This document shows, in pieces, positions 19,835-27,550 of a DNA stretch of 32,000 bases. Position 1 is the first letter of the stretch; every line of letters starts with the position of its first letter. Made by a program: the position numbers and the translations under genes. The notes beneath the pieces are model-generated. The model did not search any database, was not told the origin of the DNA, and saw only the letters and a program-made list of their open reading frames with translations. Origin of the DNA: Candidatus Saccharimonadota bacterium (GTDB lineage Bacteria; Pseudomonadota; Gammaproteobacteria; Enterobacterales; Enterobacteriaceae); NCBI RefSeq assembly GCF_000090965.1, contig NC_008513.1:360001-392000 (forward strand), given 5' to 3'.

Positions 19835-20623
19835 ATGAATCAAAAAAAAAAAATTAATTTATTTACTATTGAAAAAGGAAAAATTCACTTAGTATTTTTT
19901 CATGGTTGGGGATTAAATTCTCTTATATGGAAAAAAATTATTCCAATTTTAAAAAAAAAATTTACTCTGTATTTTCTTGATTTTCCAGGATATGGTAAAA
20001 ATATTGATTTTCCAATAATGAATTTTAATCAATTATCTGATTATTTATTTAAAAAAATAAAAAAAAAAGTTATTTTAATAGGTTGGTCTTTAGGTGGACA
20101 ATTTGCACATTATTTAAGTTTCAAATATCCAAATTTTATTTTAGCTGTTATTTATATAACTTATACACCATTTTTTATGAAAAAAAAAAGAAAAAAGAAA
20201 AAAATATTTAAAAAAATAAAAAATGATATAATTTTAAATTATAAAAAATTTTTATATGATTTTATTAATCTACATATTTTATATAAAAAAAAAAAAAATC
20301 TTTTATATTTTAAAAAAAAATTTTCTTTTTTAAAAAAATATCCTAATCCAAAAAAAGAAGCAATTGAAATAGGATATAAATGGTTAACTAAAATTGATCA
20401 AAGAAAAAAAATACTATCTAAAAATATCCCTACATTAAAAATATATGGTGAATTAGATAATCTTATATCAATTAGAATATATAAAAAATCAAATAATTTA
20501 AATAATTTAAATAAAATTAAAAAAAATTATTATTATATAATTCCTAAAGCTAGACATGCACCATTTTTATCTCATCCTAAGATTTTTTGCAAAATAATTA
20601 ATAAATTTATCAAAAAATTATAA
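19835..20623 (+). CDS. bioH: Pimeloyl-[ACP] methyl ester esterase BioH (alpha/beta hydrolase)
   Basis: 262-aa ORF with LVFFHGWGLN, the nucleophile elbow GWSLGG, GELDNL and ARHAPFLSHP. All three positions of the Ser/Asp/His triad align to recalled E. coli BioH. Confidence 0.88.
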   Translation: MNQKKKINLFTIEKGKIHLVFFHGWGLNSLIWKKIIPILKKKFTLYFLDFPGYGKNIDFPIMNFNQLSDYLFKKIKKKVILIGWSLGGQFAHYLSFKYPNFILAVIYITYTPFFMKKKRKKKKIFKKIKNDIILNYKKFLYDFINLHILYKKKKNLLYFKKKFSFLKKYPNPKKEAIEIGYKWLTKIDQRKKILSKNIPTLKIYGELDNLISIRIYKKSNNLNNLNKIKKNYYYIIPKARHAPFLSHPKIFCKIINKFIKKL

Positions 20624-20671
20624 AATAATATACCAAAATATAGTAATTAAAAAAAATTATTTACTGCAATA

Positions 20672-21217
20672 TCAAAAAGGAATATCTTCATCATCAAAAT
20701 CAATTTTAGATGTAGAATCTACTAAATGAGATTTTTGTTGTTGATATTCATTTTTTAATAAATTATCATCAGACAATTTTTTTTTATGTATACTTCTAGA
20801 TGTATTTTTATCATTTAAAAAATCATCTTGAGAATTTTTAACTGAAGATTTAAAAGAATTATTAGTATTACGAGATCCTAACATTTGCATAGAACCAGTA
20901 ACACTAACCACTATCTCCGTAGTATAACGATCTAATCCATTTTGATCTTTCCATTTACGTGTTTGTAATGATCCTTCTATATAAACTTGTGAGCCTTTTT
21001 TTAAATATTGACCGGAAATTTCAGCAATTTTACCAAATAAAACAACTCGATGCCATTCGGTTTTTTCTTTATTTTCACCCGTATGTTTATCTTTCCATGT
21101 ATCTGACGTAGCTAAAGTAATATTAACTACAGTACCACCATTAGGCATATACCGTATATCAGGATCCTGCCCTAAATAACCAATTAAAATAACTTTATTT
21201 ACACCTCTACTTGCCAT
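20672..21217 (-). CDS. ssb: Single-stranded DNA-binding protein
   Basis: 181-aa ORF starting [28 protein letters not shown], containing [11 protein letters not shown], and ending in the acidic tip DFDDEDIPF. Confidence 0.97.
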   Translation of the reverse strand: MASRGVNKVILIGYLGQDPDIRYMPNGGTVVNITLATSDTWKDKHTGENKEKTEWHRVVLFGKIAEISGQYLKKGSQVYIEGSLQTRKWKDQNGLDRYTTEIVVSVTGSMQMLGSRNTNNSFKSSVKNSQDDFLNDKNTSRSIHKKKLSDDNLLKNEYQQQKSHLVDSTSKIDFDDEDIPF

Positions 21218-21484
21218 ACTTTTAATCCAAATTTTATTAATATAAAAAATATAATTAATAAAAATTATATCATAAAATTAAATTATTAAATAACTTTTAA
21301 TATTCTAATTTAATTAAATTGATATTAATATTAAAATATTAAATACACTTTTTTTTTATATATTAATTTTTATATTTTAATAAAATTAAAAATTTAAATT
21401 TATTTAAAAATAAAAAATATGATATTCTTATATATTATAAATATATTATATCATATTCACTATATTAAAATTAATAATATTAAA

Positions 21485-22465
21485 ATGAAAAAAAAATATT
21501 CAAATAAATTCTCAGTTGCTCCAATGTTTAAATATACTGATCAACATTGCTTATATTTTTATAGACAACTAACAAAAAAAACATTTTTGTATACAGAAAT
21601 GATAACTATACAAAAAATGTTATTTTCTAAAAAATTATTTAAAAAAAAACAAATCAAAAAAAATAATCCTATAGCAATACAATTAGCAGGAAATAACCCA
21701 CTATTTCTTTCATTATGTGCAAAAAAAGCATATTTTCTAGGATTTAAAGAAATAAATTTAAATATTGGTTGTCCATCTAAAAAAGCTAAATCTGGAAATT
21801 TTGGTATATATTTAATGAATAATCCTATTTTAGTATATAATTTAATTAAAGCTATATATTTAACTGTACCTATACAAATTAGTATAAAAATTAGATTAGG
21901 TACTAATGAAAATAAAAATTATAGATTTCTTAAAAATTTTATTCAATTAGTTTCAAAAAATAATTACTGTATAAAATATATTATACATGCAAGAATTGCT
22001 AATTTGCAAATAAATAGTCCAAAAAAAAATCGAAATATTCCGTTACTAAATTATTCATATGTGTATAAAATAAAAAAAGATTTTCCACATTTAATAATTA
22101 TTATTAATGGAGGGATAAAAACAATTAATGAAATTAATGAACATTTAAAAAATGTTGATGGAGTAATGATGGGAAGGGAAATATATAAAAATCCATTATT
22201 TTTAAGAAAAATTGATAAAAAGATTTTTTTTCAAAAAAAACAAATAAAAATAAAAAAATTCATAAAAAAAATGTCAAATTATATTAAAAAAAAAATTATT
22301 AAAGGTGTTCCTGCAATAAAAATTATAAAACATATGCTAAACATTTTTTATAAACTACCACAAGCAAAAAAATGGAAACATGAATTAATACAAAAAACAA
22401 TTTATAAAAATCAAATAGATGATATATTTAATAAAATACATAAATTATTTGATAAAAAATTTTAA
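21485..22465 (+). CDS. dusA: tRNA-dihydrouridine(20/20a) synthase DusA
   Basis: FSVAPMFKYTDQHCLYFYRQLTKKTFLYTEM, INLNIGCPS, IIHAR and INGGI are colinear with recalled E. coli DusA. The start is uncertain. I chose ATG 21485 (326 aa). The track ORF starts at 21419 with a low-complexity, Ile/Tyr-rich 22-aa extension. Confidence 0.88.
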   Translation: MKKKYSNKFSVAPMFKYTDQHCLYFYRQLTKKTFLYTEMITIQKMLFSKKLFKKKQIKKNNPIAIQLAGNNPLFLSLCAKKAYFLGFKEINLNIGCPSKKAKSGNFGIYLMNNPILVYNLIKAIYLTVPIQISIKIRLGTNENKNYRFLKNFIQLVSKNNYCIKYIIHARIANLQINSPKKNRNIPLLNYSYVYKIKKDFPHLIIIINGGIKTINEINEHLKNVDGVMMGREIYKNPLFLRKIDKKIFFQKKQIKIKKFIKKMSNYIKKKIIKGVPAIKIIKHMLNIFYKLPQAKKWKHELIQKTIYKNQIDDIFNKIHKLFDKKF

Positions 22466-22751
22466 TCTTAATTATTTAAAATTTAAAAAATAAAAAATCA
22501 CTTAAATATTATAAGAAAATATTTAAAAAAATTAAATCAAAAAAAAAAAATTTTAAAAATATTTGTATTATTCTAAACTTTACATTTTCTACATATTACT
22601 ATTATTTTAAATTTTTTAAAATATCTGAAATATATAATTTTTATTAAATATAAAAATTTTTATAAAATATCAATTTTAAATGCCAAAAAAATTATTTTAT
22701 ATAATAATTTTATATATATTTTAAAAATTTATATAAGAGAATCAATTATTT

Positions 22752-24125
22752 ATGATAGAATCAATAATAAATAAAAAAACAGAACTCAAAATACCTCCAT
22801 ATTCACTAGAAGCTGAACAATCAGTGTTAGGAGGATTAATGTTAGATAATCAAAAATGGGATATAATTTCTGAATATATTGTTATGGAAGATTTTTATAA
22901 TCGACAACATCAGTTAATATTTTGTGAAATGAAATATCTAATTGAAAAAGGATCTCCCATAGATTTAATCACATTATCAGAACCATTAGAACAAAAAGGA
23001 GAATTAAATAATGTTGGGAGATTTTCTTATTTAGCTGAAATTTCAAAAAACACACCAAGTATTACAAATATATTAGCATATGCAGAAATTATTAGAGAAA
23101 GAGCTATTATTAGAGAAATTATTTTAACAGCAAATAATATAGCAAATGCAGGGTATTACCCAAAAGGAAGAAAAAGTACGGAATTATTAGACTATGCTGA
23201 ATCTAGTATTTTTAAAATTTCAGAAATACGTTCAAAAAATAATAATGGACCTAAAAATATAGAAACAATTCTTGATTCAACTATTCAATCTATTGAAAAA
23301 CTTATTAAACAGCCAAATAATGGAATTACGGGATTAAATACTGGATATCATGATTTAAATAAAAAAACATCTGGATTACAACAATCTGATTTAATAATAA
23401 TTGCTGCAAGACCATCCATGGGAAAAACTACATTTGCTATGAATTTATGTGAAAACACAGCTATGTTATATAAAAAACCAATTTTAATATTTAGTTTAGA
23501 AATGCCTGGAGAGCAAATTATGATTCGTATGTTGGCTTCATTATCACGTGTTAATCAATCAAAAATTCGAACAGGAAAATTAAATAATGAAGAATGGAGT
23601 CGAATATCTAGTACTATGCAAATTTTATTAAAAAAAAAAAATATTTATATTGATGATTCTTCAGGTCTTACACCTAATGAAGTTCGTTCACGTTCACGGA
23701 AAATATATCGTGAAAATAATGGACTAAGTTTAATTATGATAGATTATCTTCAATTAATTAAAATACCATCATTATCAGGAAATAGAACCTTAGAAATGCA
23801 GAATTTCAGAACATTAAAATCATTAGCAAAAGAATTAAATATTCCAATTATTGCTTTGTCTCAATTAAATAGATCATTGGAACAAAGATCAGATAAAAGA
23901 CCGGTAAATTCAGATTTAAGAGAATCTGGTTCATTAGAACAAGATGCAGATTTAATCCTATTTATTTATAGAGATGAATTATATCATGAAAATAGTGAAT
24001 TAAAAGGAATTGCTGAAATTATTATTGGTAAACAAAGAAATGGTCCAACTGGAACAATACGATTAATATTCAATGGTCAATGGTCTAGATTTGATAATTA
24101 CGCTCATACGAAATATCATTGTTAA
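22752..24125 (+). CDS. dnaB: Replicative DNA helicase DnaB
   Basis: 457-aa ORF with PPYSLEAEQSVLGGLMLDN, the Walker A segment ARPSMGKTTFAMNL, LIMIDYLQL and ALSQLNRSLEQR. The C-terminal third is near-identical to recalled E. coli DnaB except for one patch (see findings). Confidence 0.97.
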   Translation: MIESIINKKTELKIPPYSLEAEQSVLGGLMLDNQKWDIISEYIVMEDFYNRQHQLIFCEMKYLIEKGSPIDLITLSEPLEQKGELNNVGRFSYLAEISKNTPSITNILAYAEIIRERAIIREIILTANNIANAGYYPKGRKSTELLDYAESSIFKISEIRSKNNNGPKNIETILDSTIQSIEKLIKQPNNGITGLNTGYHDLNKKTSGLQQSDLIIIAARPSMGKTTFAMNLCENTAMLYKKPILIFSLEMPGEQIMIRMLASLSRVNQSKIRTGKLNNEEWSRISSTMQILLKKKNIYIDDSSGLTPNEVRSRSRKIYRENNGLSLIMIDYLQLIKIPSLSGNRTLEMQNFRTLKSLAKELNIPIIALSQLNRSLEQRSDKRPVNSDLRESGSLEQDADLILFIYRDELYHENSELKGIAEIIIGKQRNGPTGTIRLIFNGQWSRFDNYAHTKYHC

Positions 24126-24306
24126 TAAAAATAAAAAAGCATTTATATTGAATAATAATATTAATATAAGTAAAATACTTATATAAAAATATAAAAAACT
24201 AATTATATAAACTATCAATTATTTTAAAAATTTTTATTATATTTTTAAAATACTATTTTGTATTTATAAATTTTATGTATGTTAATTAATAATTTTAAAA
24301 ATTTTT

Positions 24307-24362
24307 CTATCATTATATTAATAATGTAATAAATATATAATATATTTATTATATAATGATAG
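24307..24362. repeat. 56-bp imperfect palindrome in the dnaB-ruvX spacer
   Basis: The arms are CTATCATTATAT plus AATAAATATAT and their reverse complement. The left arm carries a 9-nt insertion (TAATAATGT). The symmetry centre is at 24339. Confidence 0.5.
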
Positions 24363-24481
24363 ATTAAATTATATTAAAATAATAATGATATAAATTTACT
24401 ATATAAAAATTATATAATAATAAAATATATACTAAAAATATACATAAATTTTATAAAATAAATACTTTCTTACATTAAAAA

Positions 24482-24874
24482 ATGATTATTTTATGTTTTG
24501 ATTATGGAATTAAAATTATTGGTATTGCTATTGCTGAAACAAAATTAAATTATTCAACACCTATAAAATCTATTTTTAATAATAAAAAAAAAAATTTTTG
24601 GAATCAAATTAACATAATAATTAATATGTGGAAGCCAAAATATATTGTTATAGGATATCCTTATAAAATAAAAAAAAAAATCAATAAAAAAATAAAAAAA
24701 TTTGCTAAAGAAATAAAAAAAAAATTTAAAATAAATTTTTTTTTATGTGATGAAAATTATTCAACTACAGAAGCTTTATTATTCTTAAAAGAAAAAAAAA
24801 AAAAAAAAAAATATTGCTTACATTCAATATCAGCTAAAATAATTCTTGACAGCTGGATAAGAAAAAACATATAA
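24482..24874 (+). CDS. ruvX: YqgF/RuvX-family putative pre-16S rRNA nuclease (Holliday junction resolvase-like)
   Basis: 130-aa ORF. ILCFDYGIKIIGIAI aligns to recalled E. coli YqgF LLAFDFGTKSIGVAV. IVIGYP, DENYSTTEA and SAKIILDSW are also colinear. Confidence 0.85.
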   Translation: MIILCFDYGIKIIGIAIAETKLNYSTPIKSIFNNKKKNFWNQINIIINMWKPKYIVIGYPYKIKKKINKKIKKFAKEIKKKFKINFFLCDENYSTTEALLFLKEKKKKKKYCLHSISAKIILDSWIRKNI

Positions 24875-24937
24875 AAAATTTATAAAAATTTATTATTTAT
24901 TGTATATCAACTATTATTTATATTGAACTAATTAAAA

Positions 24938-26089
24938 ATGAATAAAAAAAAAATATATAAATTACCACCAATCAGTTTATATATCCATATACCCTGGTGT
25001 ATAAAAAAATGTCCATATTGTGATTTTCATTCATATAAAAAATCTAAAAAAATATTTGAAAAAAAATATATAAAAAACTTATTTCAAGATTTTAAAAATG
25101 ATAAAAAAAAAATTTCAAAAAGAAAAATTTTATCTGTATTTATAGGAGGTGGAACACCTAGTTTATTAAAATTATCTTCTATAAAATATTTTATAAAAAA
25201 AATAAAAAAAAAAATAATAAAATCTAAAAAAACAGAAATAACCATAGAAATAAATCCAGATACAATAAATTCTAATCAATTAATAAAATATTATAATTTT
25301 GGAATTAATAGAACATCTATAGGAGTTCAAACTTTAAATAATAATTTACTAAAAAAAATTGAAAGAACTCATAATAAAAAAAAAACAATAAAACTAATAA
25401 AATCAACAAATAAAATAAAAAACAGAAATTTAAATATTGATATTATATACGGATTACCAGAACAATCTATTCAAGATTCTTTAAATGATTTAAAAATAAT
25501 TATAAATTTTAAACCCGAACATATTTCATGGTATTTATTAGATATAGAACCTAATACACCATTTTATACAAAAAATATTAAATTACCATCTCTTAAAAAA
25601 ACAAGAAAAATGCAAAAATTAGGAAAAGAATTATTAATAAAATCAGGATATCAACAATATGAAATATCTTCTTTTGCAAGAAAAAAAAAATATAGATGTA
25701 TACATAATTTAAATTACTGGAATTTTGGAGATTACATTGGTATTGGGTGTGGTGCACATGGAAAAATAACTAAAAAAAACAAAGATATTGTAAGAACAAT
25801 CAAAACTAAACAAGATAGTCAATATATAAAAAAAAAATATATACAAAAAAAATATATAGTTTCTAAAAAAGATATTCCATTTGAATTTTTTTTAAATAAA
25901 TTTAGATTATTGAAACCTATATTACATCAAGATTTTGAAAATACAACAAATATAAAAAAAAGAAAAATAAAAAAAAAAATTTCTATAGCTGAAAAACATG
26001 GATTTTTACAAACAAAAAAAAAATCATGGATTATTACTAAACATGGAAAAAAAAAACTAAATTCTTTATTATCAATTTTTTTAAAATAA
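24938..26089 (+). CDS. hemW: Radical SAM heme chaperone HemW (YggW; HemN-like, oxygen-independent coproporphyrinogen oxidase family)
   Basis: 383-aa ORF with LYIHIPWCIKKCPYCDF (CX3CX2C radical-SAM cluster), FIGGGTPS, NRTSIGVQ and YEISSFA. Confidence 0.88.
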   Translation: MNKKKIYKLPPISLYIHIPWCIKKCPYCDFHSYKKSKKIFEKKYIKNLFQDFKNDKKKISKRKILSVFIGGGTPSLLKLSSIKYFIKKIKKKIIKSKKTEITIEINPDTINSNQLIKYYNFGINRTSIGVQTLNNNLLKKIERTHNKKKTIKLIKSTNKIKNRNLNIDIIYGLPEQSIQDSLNDLKIIINFKPEHISWYLLDIEPNTPFYTKNIKLPSLKKTRKMQKLGKELLIKSGYQQYEISSFARKKKYRCIHNLNYWNFGDYIGIGCGAHGKITKKNKDIVRTIKTKQDSQYIKKKYIQKKYIVSKKDIPFEFFLNKFRLLKPILHQDFENTTNIKKRKIKKKISIAEKHGFLQTKKKSWIITKHGKKKLNSLLSIFLK

Positions 26090-26286
26090 ATCAAAATTTA
26101 AAAAATTTCTATTTTTATATAAAATTAATATTTTATTTAAAAAACAATCATGTTATTTCTTCAAAAAATGTTTTATAAATAATTAAATATTAATTTAATT
26201 ATTAAATATTTAAATAAATATGAATTTTTTTATTTGTATAATTTAATATCTATAAAAATTTATCAATAATAAATATTAGGTATACT

Positions 26287-27318
26287 ATGTTCTTTTCACA
26301 AAAAATACTTAACTGGTACCATTTTAATGGAAGAAAAAACTTACCTTGGCAAAAAAAAAATATCTATTATATTTGGATATCTGAAATTATGTTACAGCAA
26401 ACACGTGTTCAAACTGTAATTCCATATTTTCAAAAATTTAAAAAAAAATTTCCTACAATAAAAAAATTAGCTGATTCTAACATTAATAAAGTATTATATT
26501 TATGGAGCGGATTAGGATATTATCAAAGAGCACATAATCTGCATAAAACAGCAAAAATAATAAAAAAAAAATATTATGGAATATTTCCTACAAATATAAA
26601 TGAGATAATAAAATTACCTGGAATCGGAAGATCAACTGCTGGTGCAATTTTATCATTTACCTATAATTATAGATATGCTATTTTAGATAGCAATATAAAA
26701 AGAGTATTAATTAGATTTCATTTAATAAATATTAATAATTTTAAAAAAAATCAATTAGAAAATAAATTATGGAATATTATTGATCAATACATTCCATTAC
26801 ATAATGCTAGAAAATTTAATCAAGCTATGATGGATTTAGGTTCCTTAATTTGCAAAAATAAAAATCCAAATTGTTTTTCTTGTCCATTAAAAAATAATTG
26901 CAATTTTTTTAAAAAAAAAATTATTTTTTTTAAAAAAAAAGAAAAAAAAAAAAAAATTGGTATATTTTTTTCAATTATAAAATATAAAAATTCAGTAATT
27001 TTAATAAAACAAAAAAATATTTCTATATGGAAAGGATTATTCTATTTTCCGTTAATAACTTTTAAAATATCAAAAAAAAAATGGGAAAAAATAAAAAAAA
27101 AAAATACTTCTAAAACAAAAAAATTATTTTTTACACATTGTTTAAGTCATATAAAATTATTTATTATTTGGCAAATTATTAGAGTTAAAAAAAAAAAAAA
27201 CTATAAAGAAAAAATATGGATGAATATAAATTCAAAAAAAAAAATAGGAATACCTACTCCAATAAAAAAAATATTATTACAATTAAAAAAAAAAAAAAAA
27301 AATGAAAAAAAAACGTAA
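26287..27318 (+). CDS. mutY: A/G-specific adenine DNA glycosylase MutY
   Basis: 343-aa ORF with LPWQ, WISEIMLQQTRV, the LPGIGRSTAGAI helix-hairpin-helix, LDSNIKRVL (catalytic Asp region), the C-X6-C-X2-C-X5-C cluster CKNKNPNCFSCPLKNNC, and a MutT-like C-terminal domain (WKGLFYFP). Confidence 0.92.
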   Translation: MFFSQKILNWYHFNGRKNLPWQKKNIYYIWISEIMLQQTRVQTVIPYFQKFKKKFPTIKKLADSNINKVLYLWSGLGYYQRAHNLHKTAKIIKKKYYGIFPTNINEIIKLPGIGRSTAGAILSFTYNYRYAILDSNIKRVLIRFHLININNFKKNQLENKLWNIIDQYIPLHNARKFNQAMMDLGSLICKNKNPNCFSCPLKNNCNFFKKKIIFFKKKEKKKKIGIFFSIIKYKNSVILIKQKNISIWKGLFYFPLITFKISKKKWEKIKKKNTSKTKKLFFTHCLSHIKLFIIWQIIRVKKKKNYKEKIWMNINSKKKIGIPTPIKKILLQLKKKKKNEKKT

Positions 27319-27550
27319 AATTTTTTGTTCTTTTTTAAAAAAAGAAACGGAAGGATTAGAATATCAATTTTTTCCTGGAAAAATTGGACAACAAATTTAT
27401 GAACAAATATCTAAAAAAGCATGGAATATATGGCTAGAAAAACAAACAAAAATAATAAATGAAAAAAAATTAAATATGTTTATTGAAAAAGATAGAATAT
27501 TTTTAGAAAAAAAAATGAAAAATTTTTTTTTCAAAAAAAAAAAAAATTAA
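27302..27550 (+). CDS. yggX: Fe(2+)-trafficking protein YggX
   Basis: 82-aa ORF. IFCSFLKKETEGLEYQFFPGKIGQQIYEQISKKAWNIWLEKQTKIINEKKLNM is colinear with recalled E. coli YggX. It follows mutY as in E. coli. Confidence 0.92.
   Translation: MKKKRKIFCSFLKKETEGLEYQFFPGKIGQQIYEQISKKAWNIWLEKQTKIINEKKLNMFIEKDRIFLEKKMKNFFFKKKKN

Noticed and set aside
21419-21484. 22-codon N-terminal extension of dusA (MIFLYIINILYHIHYIKINNIK)
   Set aside because: It is low-complexity, Ile/Tyr-rich sequence that looks like translated AT-rich spacer. Homology begins just after the ATG at 21485. I cannot strictly exclude it.
22680-22724. 14-codon ORF (MPKKLFYIIILYIF) in the dusA-dnaB spacer
   Set aside because: It is too short, has no Shine-Dalgarno, and is composition-driven. 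Nothing suggests it is a real leader peptide.
24164-24184. 9-bp perfect hairpin (ATATAAGTA-AAA-TACTTATAT) about 40 nt after the dnaB stop
   Set aside because: The stem is almost all A-T with a 3-nt loop. It is followed by an A-run rather than a U-run on the dnaB transcript, so it is not a credible intrinsic terminator. Such repeats are expected by chance at this composition.
26160-26230. Short direct repeats (ATTAAATATT twice) in the hemW-mutY spacer
   Set aside because: These are pure A/T decamers in a spacer almost devoid of G/C. There is no periodic array structure, so this is neither CRISPR-like nor iteron-like.
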